From an uncultured bacterium (GTDB lineage Bacteria > Verrucomicrobiota > Verrucomicrobiia > Limisphaerales > UBA8199): DNA of 64,000 bases. The stretch spans positions 160,001-224,000 of the forward strand of contig CAVVMW010000018.1 in NCBI GenBank assembly GCA_963749495.1, read 5' to 3'. Made by a program: the position numbers and the translations under genes. The number at the start of each line of letters is the position of its first letter. The first letter of the stretch is position 1. The notes beneath the pieces were generated by a model. It searched no databases, was not told where the DNA came from, and was given only the letters and a program-made list of their open reading frames with translations. Below are positions 24,335 through 34,198 of this stretch, one piece after another.

Positions 24335-25777
24335 TTACTTGCCCTCCTTGTCCTTGTCCTTATCCTGGTCCGGGCCGACCACTCCTTTGCGGACCTTCTT
24401 GCCGTCGTCGAGGTCGCGGACGATCGCCTTGTAGCCGCCGGAGACGATTTCCTGGCCCTCCTGCAGCCCTTGTGTGATCTCCCAGTAGTTATCGTCGCCG
24501 ATGCCGACCTTGACCGGCACCATCCTGGCATGATCCCCCTCCTTGAGGAAGACCACCTCGATGGGCTTGGCGGCCTCCTTGGATTTCTTGTCGCCGGCGG
24601 GGACGTTGGTTCCCTGGGCGGCCACGGCGTTGGTGGCGCCGGCGCTCGGGGTGTTCGTCGGGTCGTCGGCCGCGGCGGAGCCCGCCGGGGGATCGGCATT
24701 GGTCGCGGCGGAGGGGGAATTGGTCTTGGAGTGGGCGTCCGTGGCGTGGCCGCGCGCGGCCAGCCGGGTCTGGGCCTTTTTTTCCTTGGGCACTCGCGTG
24801 GTCACGGCCGCCATCGGCACGGCCAGGACATTGGTCCGGTAACGCGTCTCGATCTCTGCCGTGACCGACATGCCGGGGCGGAAGGCGTCCTTTTCTTTGA
24901 TGCGAATTCTGACCTCGAACTTGGTGGCATCCTGGGTATTGCCGCTGCCGGAAGAGCCGGCGGTCTTCGAGGAGTTGGCGATTTGCGTCACGATGCCGTT
25001 GAACTTCTTGTCTTTGAAGGCATCAACCTCCAGGTGTACACATTGGCCCGGCGCGATCAGGATCACGTCCGTTTCCCCGAGGTCCACCCGCGCCTCCATC
25101 TCGTTCAAATCGGCGATGGTCATGACCTCGGTGCCGGCCATCGTGGCGGTGCCGACGACCCGCTCGCCCAACTCCGAGTTCAACTTGCTCACAGTCCCGG
25201 TCAGCGGCGAGACGATGATGGTCTTGGCCAGGGTGTCCTCGGTGCTGTCCAGCGTGCCGCGCGCGCTCTTGACCATGTGCTCGGCGCTGGACAACTGCGC
25301 CTTGGCAACGTCGTATCCGTTCTGGGCGGCATCGTAATCCGAGTCGGAAATCAGCTTCTGCTTGAAGAGGTCAGCGCTGCGTTTGTAATCCGCCCGCGCC
25401 TTGACGAGGTTGGCCTCGGCGGTCGCCTTGCCGGCGAGCGAGGATTGGTAGGCCCCCTCGGCCTGGTTGCGCGCCGCCTCGTAAAAGTCCTTCTTGATCT
25501 TCAGAATCAAGTCCCCTTTCTGCACATGCTGGCCCTCCTTGACCGGCAACTCGACGATCTCGCCGCTGACCTCCGGGCTGATGGCGACCTTGACCACCGG
25601 CTGAATCTTGCCGCTGGCCTTGACCGTCTCCACCAGCGTCCGCCGGGTCACTTTCTCGGTCTGCACGGTGATGATCACCTCGCGCTTGCGCAAGGCCGCC
25701 CCAAGCCCCAAGCCGGCCAACACCAGCACGATCACAGAGAAAACGACCACTTTCCTGCGTTTCTTCGATTTTGCCAT
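24335..25777 (-). CDS. MacA/HlyD-type periplasmic adaptor subunit
   Basis: N-terminal anchor; SGEIVELPVKEGQHVQKGD; coiled coil; FRPGMSV. Confidence 0.92.
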   Translation of the reverse strand: MAKSKKRRKVVVFSVIVLVLAGLGLGAALRKREVIITVQTEKVTRRTLVETVKASGKIQPVVKVAISPEVSGEIVELPVKEGQHVQKGDLILKIKKDFYEAARNQAEGAYQSSLAGKATAEANLVKARADYKRSADLFKQKLISDSDYDAAQNGYDVAKAQLSSAEHMVKSARGTLDSTEDTLAKTIIVSPLTGTVSKLNSELGERVVGTATMAGTEVMTIADLNEMEARVDLGETDVILIAPGQCVHLEVDAFKDKKFNGIVTQIANSSKTAGSSGSGNTQDATKFEVRIRIKEKDAFRPGMSVTAEIETRYRTNVLAVPMAAVTTRVPKEKKAQTRLAARGHATDAHSKTNSPSAATNADPPAGSAAADDPTNTPSAGATNAVAAQGTNVPAGDKKSKEAAKPIEVVFLKEGDHARMVPVKVGIGDDNYWEITQGLQEGQEIVSGGYKAIVRDLDDGKKVRKGVVGPDQDKDKDKEGK

Positions 25778-25969
25778 GTTAACTCGATATTATGACACGC
25801 CCGGGCCGGTTTTGTTTCATTACAAAAAGCTGCCTGGGATGTAATCCGACCCTCTGGCGGCAGTCAAGCCTGGGGGCACAACCGGACGGCGCCCGGGTGC
25901 ATCTCGTCAGTAGCACCGCCTTCAGCCAGGAGCAGCGGCTCGGAGCCGAGCCCCAGCGGAGGCTCGGGG

Positions 25970-26195
25970 CAACCCGGAGGGTTGCCAGATGGTAGCCGGG
26001 GGTCGCGGCGTCGCCGCGACCCCCGGTTCGCGGCCAGAAGGGGCCTGCACCCCGGAACGGGGTGCCAGAAGGGTCTTCACAACGAGGAGGTGGCCTTCTG
26101 GCATCCCTCCGGGATGCCGACCCACACTGCCGCTGAACCGGGGGTCTCGCTGCGCTTCGACCCCCGGCTACCATCTGTCATCCCTCCGGGATGGA
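25970..26195. repeat. REP-like composite palindrome (GATGGTAGCCGGGGGTCG...CGACCCCCGGCTACCATC)
   Basis: Inverted arms near 25988 and 26158; internal CATCCCTCCGGGATG hairpins. Confidence 0.8.
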
Positions 26196-26355
26196 TTCCT
26201 GGCCGACGGGCACTCTCGCGGACCTCCGGGCTCACATTGTGGTACCGAGCGGGATGCGCCCGGCGCAAAATCCGGCGCAAAAACCTTGGCAGAATCACGG
26301 GCAGTTGGCACCATCAGGCCTTGCGAACCGCTCAACCTCAACTCGTTTCAAACTC

Positions 26356-26913
26356 ATGACTCGCGAGCAGGCCCTGGCCATCCTCAAGGAACACACCCAA
26401 TCCGAATCGCTCCTCAAACACGCCCTGGCGGTCGAGGCGGCCCTGCGTCATTACGCCCGGCGCTTGGGTGGGGAGGTCGAACTGTGGGGTGTGGCCGGGC
26501 TGCTTCACGATTTCGATTACGAGCGCTGGCCCGAGCCGCCCGAGCACACCCGGCAGGGGGCCCGCATCCTGCGGGAGCGCGGCGCCGAGGAGGAAATCGT
26601 GGGCGCCTTGCTCTCGCACGCGCGCTGGAATTGGGACGACTACCCCCTGGACCGGCCGCTGCGCAAGGCGCTCTTCGCCGTGGACGAACTCTGCGGCTTC
26701 ATCATGGCCGTGGCTTATGTGCGCCCGGAGCGGTTGACGGGCATGACGGCGTCCAGCGTGCGCAAGAAGCTCAAACAAAAGTCCTTCGCCGCCGCCGTCC
26801 GGCGAGAGGACATCGAGCAAGGCGCCCAGTGCCTGGGCCTTTCCCTGGACGAGCACATCACCCAGGTCATCTCCGCCCTCCAAGGCATCGCGACGGATTT
26901 GGGGTTTCCATAG
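26356..26913 (+). CDS. HD/HDIG-domain hydrolase
   Basis: SLLKHALAVE; GLLHDFDYE; LFAVDELCGFI. Confidence 0.9.
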   Translation: MTREQALAILKEHTQSESLLKHALAVEAALRHYARRLGGEVELWGVAGLLHDFDYERWPEPPEHTRQGARILRERGAEEEIVGALLSHARWNWDDYPLDRPLRKALFAVDELCGFIMAVAYVRPERLTGMTASSVRKKLKQKSFAAAVRREDIEQGAQCLGLSLDEHITQVISALQGIATDLGFP

Positions 26914-26998
26914 ACATTTCGGGCGCGCCGGCTACCATGGGGCCGTGTCTAACATCGTGAGACCGCAGTGGGGTAGAATCCTTGAATTTCACAACGTG

Positions 26999-27448
26999 AT
27001 GCACACAGGTCAAGTTTGTGGCACGGGCATCCTGCCCGTGAGGGCTTGGGCAGGATGCCCGAGCCACGGTCTGAGGCCCTTCCTCGCTAGAGTTCTGTTC
27101 CTGGCCGTGGCCCTGGCCCTGGTGGCGGGGTGCAGCTCGGCCCGGGTTTACACGACCCGCGAGGCCGTCATGCACGATGCCAAAGCGCCGCGGCTCATCG
27201 CCTTCGAGCCGGGCGAGCAGCCGGCGATCGTGGTGGATCTGCCCAAGCACTGCCTTTGGGGCCAGAAGGTCGGGAGCGTATGGGTCGAGGAGGCGATTTC
27301 CGGCCGCGCGGTTTGGCATCAGAGCCAGTTCATGCGGCAGGGCTCCGAGTACTACTTCCTGCCCCAGGGCCTCGGACGGGGCACCTACCTGGTGGTCCTC
27401 CAGGCCGAAGGTGAACCGGTGGCCGGGGCGAATTTCGATATCCGGTAA
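26999..27448 (+). CDS. Hypothetical lipoprotein
   Basis: Hydrophobic stretch ending in LVAGC; start uncertain. Confidence 0.6.
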   Translation: MHTGQVCGTGILPVRAWAGCPSHGLRPFLARVLFLAVALALVAGCSSARVYTTREAVMHDAKAPRLIAFEPGEQPAIVVDLPKHCLWGQKVGSVWVEEAISGRAVWHQSQFMRQGSEYYFLPQGLGRGTYLVVLQAEGEPVAGANFDIR

Positions 27449-27710
27449 CGGTGGAGCGCGCCTGGCGGGTACCACCACGCCAGAGGAGACCGCGGGACCG
27501 CGGCCAGTAGCCCGAAGGGCTTCTGATCACTCAGCCCAGGGTTGAACGAAGCCGCTACGCGGCGGAGAAGACGGAACTGCTGCGGCTCCGCAGTTCGCAG
27601 GCTGGAGGGCTGGTTTTGCGTTGGCCTATGGCCGGGACTCCCACAGACTGATGACGGTTCGCCATGCACTGACGCACGGCAAACCGTCAACATTAATCTG
27701 TACCGCAGCT

Positions 27711-28600
27711 ATGCATATAAAAAAAGTTCTCCTCACGCAATCCTGAACCGCTTTGCCGATGACCTGATTCTGCTGCCGCTCCAGCCCCGAAGCCAAGAGA
27801 TCTACTGGGTCTGTGTGCGCCAACTCTCCGATCACTTTGAGCGCTCGCCCAACTTGGTCAGCGCCGAGGAACTCCGCCAGTATTTCATCCATCTCAAGAC
27901 CCAGCGGCACTTGGCCCGCCAAACCTCCACGCAGGCTTTGTGTGCCATCAAACTCTTCTGGGAGAAAACCCTCCAGCGGCCCTGGCCGGCGGAACTGGAG
28001 TTTGTGCGCGCCACACCCCAATTCAAGCTGCCAGTTATCCTCTCGGCCTCCGAGGTGCGCACGATTATCGCCCGGGTTGCCCCTCTGGACCATCGGGTCG
28101 CCCTGACGACGATCTACTCCTGTGGCCTGCGCTTGGGCGAAGCCGTCAACCTGGAAGTCGGCGACATCGATTCCCAACGGATGTTCCTCCACATCCGGGC
28201 GGGCAAAGGCAACCGCAACCGTTACGTGCCCTTGCCCCAGCGCACCCTGGAACTGCTGCGCGAACTCTGGCGCAGCCACCGCCATCCACGATGGCTCTTC
28301 CCAGCTAAAGGCCACAGCGGTCTGGGCGCTGCTACCGCCACAGAGCCCATGGACCGCAGCACGCTGCAACAAGCCTTCCGCCGGGCCCTGCGCGCCAGCG
28401 GCATCAGGAAGGCCGCCCACATTCATACGCTGCGCCACAGCTATGCCACCCACCTGCTGGAGCAAGGCGAAAACCTCCGCCAATTGCAGGTCAACCTCGG
28501 CCATCACAGCCCCGTCACCACCGTCATCTACACCCACTTAACCACCCTCTGTCAGACTCAGCACCAGCAGCGCATTAACAAATTCATGGGCAACCTCTAG
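27711..28600 (+). CDS. Tyrosine recombinase with integron-integrase-like N-terminal SAM domain
   Basis: YSCGLR, GKG, HTLRHSYATH, LGH, TVIYTH; nearest ATG (27711) is out of frame before an A7 run. Confidence 0.9.
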
Positions 28601-28611
28601 GCGGCCTCTCA

Positions 28612-29832
28612 ATGGCCGCAGCCGCTCAGCGCAGCGGCAGCTCCTTATCCGTCCACGACGTGTTGTGCCGATGGGCTCCGGCCTATCTGGAGCAGTTCGG
28701 AGCTGCCATGCCCACCCGCCAGTGCCGGGTGCTGCAACGCCTCTTGGCTTGCCGCACCCCGGCCCTGGGCGGGGCGATGTACTGTTGCCCCAAGTGCGAC
28801 CACCGCCACTTCAGCTACCACTCCTGCAACGACCGGCACTGTCCGCAGTGCGGCGGCCAGGATGCCCAGCAGTGGCTCGATGAGAATACCGCCCTGTTGC
28901 TGCCGGTGAACTATTTCCTGCTCACCTTCACCGTGCCCGAAGGCTTGCGCCGCTGGATTCGCTCTCACCCCCAAAAGGGCTATGACCTGCTCCTGGCCGC
29001 CAGTTCCCAGGCCCTGCAGGATCTGGCTCAAAATCCCAAACGCCTCGGCGCCACCCTCGGTATGCTGGGGGTGCTCCACACCTGGACGCGCACCCTCGAA
29101 TACCATCCCCACGTCCACTACCTGGTCCCCGGCGGCGGCCTCAGCCCAGATCAGCGCCAGTGGATCTCCAGCCGCCCTCGGTTCCTGTTGCCGGTCAAAG
29201 CCCTGAGCGATCGCTGCCGCACGCTTTTCCAGGCGGCACTCCAAAAGCAGATGCCCGAGGCCCTTGCCCTCCTGCCGGCCAAAGTCTGGCAGCAACGCTG
29301 GGTCGTTCACAGCGCTGCTGTCGGCAGGGGCCAAAACGCGTTGCGCTACCTCAGCCGTTACGTGTTTAAAACCGCCACCGGCAATCGCCAACTCCAATTG
29401 CTGCCTGACGGACGCTTGCGCTGGCCCTTCCGCCACAGTGCCACGGGGGCTTGGGGCCACATCGACATGGCCCCCTTCGAGTTCCTCCGCCGCTTCCTCC
29501 AGCACGTCCTGCCGCCCAGATTCCATCGGGTCCGCCGCTTTGGCTGGCTCCATCCAGGGGGACGCGCCCAGTTCAACCGCATCCGAGCCCTGCTCAAAAT
29601 ACCGCCCTTACTCTTGGCGGCCGAGCAAGCCGCTTGGCAGCCTCCGACCTCCAGCCCGCCGACTGACCCGGCCTTGGCCGCTCAAGGAGTCTCCGCCCAG
29701 CCCACACCCCTGCTTTGTCCGCATTGTGGCACCGGGCTGGTCCTGGTCGGCTCCTGGCGCCCATGGGACAACGTCATCCACTTGCCCGACGGCTCCCCCC
29801 TCGGCGTCCGCCGCACCATCAGGCCGCCATGA
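28612..29832 (+). CDS. IS91-family rolling-circle (Y2/HUH) transposase with Zn-binding domain
   Basis: CPKC...SCNDRHCPQC; HPHVH; YLSRY; RVRRFG. Confidence 0.93.
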   Translation: MAAAAQRSGSSLSVHDVLCRWAPAYLEQFGAAMPTRQCRVLQRLLACRTPALGGAMYCCPKCDHRHFSYHSCNDRHCPQCGGQDAQQWLDENTALLLPVNYFLLTFTVPEGLRRWIRSHPQKGYDLLLAASSQALQDLAQNPKRLGATLGMLGVLHTWTRTLEYHPHVHYLVPGGGLSPDQRQWISSRPRFLLPVKALSDRCRTLFQAALQKQMPEALALLPAKVWQQRWVVHSAAVGRGQNALRYLSRYVFKTATGNRQLQLLPDGRLRWPFRHSATGAWGHIDMAPFEFLRRFLQHVLPPRFHRVRRFGWLHPGGRAQFNRIRALLKIPPLLLAAEQAAWQPPTSSPPTDPALAAQGVSAQPTPLLCPHCGTGLVLVGSWRPWDNVIHLPDGSPLGVRRTIRPP

Positions 29833-30229
29833 AAACCACGCCCTGGACCACCTCACTGCTCGTTCCGGCTGGGGGGCCAACTCCCACCCCCGCGCTTTGT
29901 TCGCGTGGCACCCGCTTCAGCGTCCCAAGGGGCCGGCGGCCAATCCCGGAACCTCCACGACGCTGCTGCCCAGTCAGCACCGGGACTGGCGCAGCTTGGC
30001 ACGGCTCTGACCCGTCCCCAAAAGCCTCGACCGCACACCGTAGTCAAAGCCAAATCCGGCACTTTCCGCAGTACCCCCAAGGATGGCCCAACGAACCTTG
30101 GGCCGCGGCTTCGTTCAACCCAGGAATGTAGAGAACACGGGGGCGGACCCAACTTCTCCAAAGTCACTTCTGTATTCCCGAGTCCCGCCTTATCTCGCCC
30201 CCGCGTTCTCTACATTCCTTTTTCTGTTG

Positions 30230-30410
30230 CGCGGAACGCGCTACCCTGGGTGTCATGCTGCCAAACCCTGGAAACCCTGAAAGGGTTTCAGCGGCGATGC
30301 AACCCTTTCAGGGTAGTTGCTCAGCGGGCGCATGACCCAGGGTTGCCCCGCCATTTCTTGCGAAAGGGCGGGGCAACCCTGGGCTGAGTGATTGCGATCC
30401 CTTCGGGATG
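30230..30410. repeat. Right part of the REP cluster split by the element (left part ~27511-27544)
   Basis: caaccctgggctgagtgat (~30374) is the reverse complement of atcactcagcccagggttg (~27526); internal accctgaaagggtt/aaccctttcagggt. Confidence 0.88.
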
Positions 30411-30538
30411 GATCAGGCACGCCAGCGTTGGGCCTGGCCCTTCATGCTGTGGTGGTAGCGGGCAGGTGCGCCCGAACCCCAATGCGGCGCAACAAATGCA
30501 TGGCTATTTCGGGGACGCCACACTAAATTGTCGGCACG

Positions 30539-32770
30539 ATGGCCTTGACCCAGGACGAACTGAAGAGTTTGACCGAACTCAGAAGCCGCGCGCCACACGC
30601 GCTGCTCGGGATGCACGCGCTGCCCGAGGGCGGGGGGGTGGTGGTGCGGGCGCTGCTGCCCGACGCCGCCAAGGTGGTGGTCGAGCCCCTCCGCCAGCAG
30701 AAGATGCCCGTCATCCAGCTCAAGCGCATCCCCAAGACCGACCTGTTCGAGGGCGTGGCACACGAGGCCAAAGACCCCTATGCCTACGAGTTGGTCATCA
30801 CCGACTGGGCCGGGGAGGTCCGCCGCACGCGCAACCCTTATGCCTTCCTGCCCACACTGGGCGAAGCCGACCTCTATCTCTTCGGCAAGGGCGACGAGCG
30901 GCGGATCTACGAGAAGCTCGGCTCCCAGTTGCGGGTGGTGGATGACACCCCCGGGGCCAGCTTCGCCGTCTGGGCGCCCAACGCCCAGCGCATCAGCGTG
31001 GTGGGCGATTTCAACCACTGGGACGGCCGCTTTCACATGATGCGCTCGCTGGGCTTGTCCGGCGTGTGGGAGCTCTTCATCCCGGGCGTGAGCCAGGGGG
31101 CGCATTACAAGTATGAGGTCCGCGACGCCCGCGGGCGCATCGGCCTCAAGACCGATCCGTATGCCTTCTTTTTCGAGAAGCCGCCCAAGAATGCGGGCAT
31201 CGTGTGGGACAACCGCCGGTTCGAGTGGACCGACGGCCCGTGGCTCAACCAGCGGCGCCTGCGCGACCCCTTGCGCTCGCCGCTGAGCATCTACGAAATG
31301 CACCTGGGCTCCTGGCGCAAGAACTCGGCCGGTGAATCGCCCGGTTACCGTGAGCTGGCCGAGCCGCTCATCCGCTACGTCAAGGAGATGGGCTTCACCC
31401 ACCTCGAGTTCATGCCGGTGGCCGAGCATGCCTTTTACCCGTCGTGGGGCTACCAGGTGACCGGTTTTTACGCGCCCACCAGCCGCTACGGGACACCCGA
31501 CGATTTCCAGTTCCTGGTCAATGCCCTGCACGAGGCGGGGATCGGGGTGATTATCGATTGGGTGCCGGCCCATTTCCCGCGCGATGACTGGGCCCTGGCC
31601 CGGTTCGACGGCACGGCCCTTTATGAGCACCAGGACCCGCGCCGCGGCGAGCACCAGGACTGGGGCACGCTCATCTTCAACTACGCCCGGCACGAGGTGA
31701 GCAATTTCCTCACCGCCAATGCCCTGTTCTGGTGCGACCGCTTTCACATCAATGGGCTGCGGGTCAATGCGGTGGCCTCGATGCTCTACCTGGACTACTC
31801 GCGCAAACCGGGGCAATGGCTGCCCAATCAATACGGCGGCCGCGAGAACCTCGAGGCCATCGATTTCCTCCGCCGCTTCAATCACCTCACCCACACCGAG
31901 TTCCCGGGGGTGATGACCATCGCCGAAGAATCCACCGCCTGGCCCCTGGTCACCCGCCCCCCCTACCTGGGCGGGCTGGGGTTCTCCTTCAAATGGAACA
32001 TGGGCTGGATGCACGACACGCTCGGCTACTTCAGCCGCGACCCCATCCACCGGAAATACCACCAGGACGACTTGACCTTCGCCATGCTCTACCATCACCA
32101 CGAAAACTTCATCCTGCCGCTCTCGCACGATGAAGTGGTGCACGGCAAACGCTCGCTCCTGGGCCGGATGCCGGGCGACAACTGGCAGCGCTTCGCCAAC
32201 CTCCGCGCCCTCCTGGGCTATCAATGGTGTTTTCCGGGCAAGAACCTCCTGTTCATGGGTTGTGAATTCGGCCAGAGCGACGAATGGGACGCCAACGCCC
32301 AGTTGCAGTGGCCGCTCCTGGAAGCCGGGCCCTACCACCGCGGCCTGCGCCGCTTCGTCCAGGAGTTGAACCGGCTTTACCTGGCCGAGCCGGCTTTGTG
32401 GGACGGGGACTACGACGCGAACGGTTTTTACTGGATCGACTGCTCGGACCACGCCAGCAGCGTCCTGTCGTTCGTCCGCCAGGACACCCAGCGCCGCAAC
32501 TCGCTGGCGGTCATCCTGAATCTGACCCCGGTGCCGCGCTACCGCTACCGGATTGGCCTGCCCCGGCCCGGCCGCTGGCGTGAGGTCCTCAACAGCGATG
32601 CCGCCATCTTCGGCGGCAGCAATGTCGGCAACCAGGGAGGCGTCACTGCGGATGGCCTCAAGTGCCACAAGCAGCCCTGCTCGGCCGAGTTCACCCTGCC
32701 CCCGCTCAGCCTCATGGTCTTCGGGACCGGGCCCCAGGAGCCGCCCCCGGGGCCTCCGCCTGCCGCTTGA
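30539..32770 (+). CDS. glgB: 1,4-alpha-glucan branching enzyme
   Basis: FAVWAPNA, IYEMHLGSW, SWGYQVTG, DWVPAHFP, IAEESTAW, KWNMGWMHD, LSHDEVVHGK. Confidence 0.97.
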   Translation: MALTQDELKSLTELRSRAPHALLGMHALPEGGGVVVRALLPDAAKVVVEPLRQQKMPVIQLKRIPKTDLFEGVAHEAKDPYAYELVITDWAGEVRRTRNPYAFLPTLGEADLYLFGKGDERRIYEKLGSQLRVVDDTPGASFAVWAPNAQRISVVGDFNHWDGRFHMMRSLGLSGVWELFIPGVSQGAHYKYEVRDARGRIGLKTDPYAFFFEKPPKNAGIVWDNRRFEWTDGPWLNQRRLRDPLRSPLSIYEMHLGSWRKNSAGESPGYRELAEPLIRYVKEMGFTHLEFMPVAEHAFYPSWGYQVTGFYAPTSRYGTPDDFQFLVNALHEAGIGVIIDWVPAHFPRDDWALARFDGTALYEHQDPRRGEHQDWGTLIFNYARHEVSNFLTANALFWCDRFHINGLRVNAVASMLYLDYSRKPGQWLPNQYGGRENLEAIDFLRRFNHLTHTEFPGVMTIAEESTAWPLVTRPPYLGGLGFSFKWNMGWMHDTLGYFSRDPIHRKYHQDDLTFAMLYHHHENFILPLSHDEVVHGKRSLLGRMPGDNWQRFANLRALLGYQWCFPGKNLLFMGCEFGQSDEWDANAQLQWPLLEAGPYHRGLRRFVQELNRLYLAEPALWDGDYDANGFYWIDCSDHASSVLSFVRQDTQRRNSLAVILNLTPVPRYRYRIGLPRPGRWREVLNSDAAIFGGSNVGNQGGVTADGLKCHKQPCSAEFTLPPLSLMVFGTGPQEPPPGPPPAA

Positions 32771-33080
32771 ACCGGCGCAGACCCCTCACCTCGGCCCTTT
32801 CCAGGAACCGACCGAAGCCCGCAGGGTTTTGGACTGCGGCAGTCCTCTGCCGCTTTCGCTTCCCCTTCCCGAGTGATCCGGAAAAGCGGTCCCGATCCAT
32901 CGGGATTTGGAAACCTGCGCTACGCCGGCGCCTCAGGCGCACAGGGCGCTCCAGGCGACTTTGTGAATGGCCGTGCAAACAGGACACCCCAGCCTGAACT
33001 CAGGCTGGACAAATGCCGGGCCTTTCTGGTAGAGGTGACAAAACGTGCGAACAGGCACAGCAACCAGTTTTGGCAAAATT

Positions 33081-33953
33081 ATGTCATCCTTATCACGCCG
33101 CCAGTTTGTGAAGAGTTCAGCCTTTGCCGCCGGCGCCCTTGGCCTGGGCCCAGCCCAGTGGGCACAGGGGGCCGACGCCACTGCCGCGGGCAGGTCCATT
33201 CCGATTTCGGTCCAGCTCTACTCGGTGCGGACAGACTGCGCCCGCGATTTTGACACGACCTTGTCACAGTTGGCCAAAATGGGCTTTGCCGGGGTGGAAT
33301 TCGCGGGCTACCACAAGTACAGCGGCAAGGCCAAGGAGTTGCGCGAGAAACTGGACGAACTGAACCTCAAAGTTGCCGCGACCCACATCGGCACCGGCAA
33401 TTTCCGCGGCGATGCCTTGAAACAGACCATCCAGTTCCACCAGATCATCGGCTGCAAGTTCCTCATTGTCCCCGGCGACCGCGACTTCACCCACCCGGAG
33501 AGGAGCAAGGCCCTGGCCGAGACGTTCAACAAGACCGCCGAGATCCTCAAGCCCCTGGGCCTCTACTGCGGCTATCACAACCACACGGGCGAATTCGCCA
33601 AGGACGGCGACAAGACCTATTGGGACCTCTTCGCCCAACGCACCAGCCAGGACGTCGTCCTGCAGCAGGATTGCAGTTGGAGCGCGGCCGCCGGCCAGAA
33701 CCCGGCGGAGCTCATCAAACGCTATCCCGGCCGCACCAAGGTCACCCATTTCAAACCCGCGGTCATCGGCAACGACCCGTCCAGGAAGCCGATCCTCGGG
33801 CAAGACTCCGTGGATTGGGCCGCCGTCCTGGCCGCCTGCCGCCAATTCGGCGGCACCGAATGGATCACCGTCGAGCAGGAACTTTACCCCGACGGCAAGT
33901 CGCCCATGGAATGCACCGAACTCTCCCTGGCCGGCCTCAAGAAGCTCCTATGA
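33081..33953 (+). CDS. Tat-exported sugar phosphate isomerase/epimerase (TIM barrel)
   Basis: SRRQFVK; VQLYSVR; GYHNHTGEF; VEQE. Confidence 0.88.
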   Translation: MSSLSRRQFVKSSAFAAGALGLGPAQWAQGADATAAGRSIPISVQLYSVRTDCARDFDTTLSQLAKMGFAGVEFAGYHKYSGKAKELREKLDELNLKVAATHIGTGNFRGDALKQTIQFHQIIGCKFLIVPGDRDFTHPERSKALAETFNKTAEILKPLGLYCGYHNHTGEFAKDGDKTYWDLFAQRTSQDVVLQQDCSWSAAAGQNPAELIKRYPGRTKVTHFKPAVIGNDPSRKPILGQDSVDWAAVLAACRQFGGTEWITVEQELYPDGKSPMECTELSLAGLKKLL

Positions 33954-34198
33954 AGCGCAAGATCCTGGTGATCCTTTCCAATCGCTGGAATCGAAGCCAA
34001 AAACTCCGTTTCGTGGAATTGGACGCCGACAACAAGGGCAACGTCCTCAAGGAACGTCCCGTGCGCGCCCAGCCGCGCAAGCCGATCTACGACGAGGTCT
34101 GGGAAAACGACGAAGGCAAGACTACCTGGGCCGCCTGCAACCGCTTCCGCCGCAGATACCCCCATCCGCTGGAGAAACCCCGCAAATTGAACCTATGA
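33950..34198 (+). CDS. Small hypothetical protein (82 aa)
   Basis: ATGA overlaps with both neighbouring genes; MKRKILVILSNRW... Confidence 0.7.
   Translation: MKRKILVILSNRWNRSQKLRFVELDADNKGNVLKERPVRAQPRKPIYDEVWENDEGKTTWAACNRFRRRYPHPLEKPRKLNL

Larger units (their letters stand above)
27541..30229 (+). mobile_element. Tyrosine integrase + IS91-like Y2 transposase element, copy 1, inserted in a REP hairpin
   Basis: Near-identical to 53065-55779; GTTG at both junctions. Confidence 0.9.

Noticed and set aside
27541..30229. A classical integron
   Set aside because: No cassette array or attI; the integrase is short and travels with a Y2 transposase in two copies
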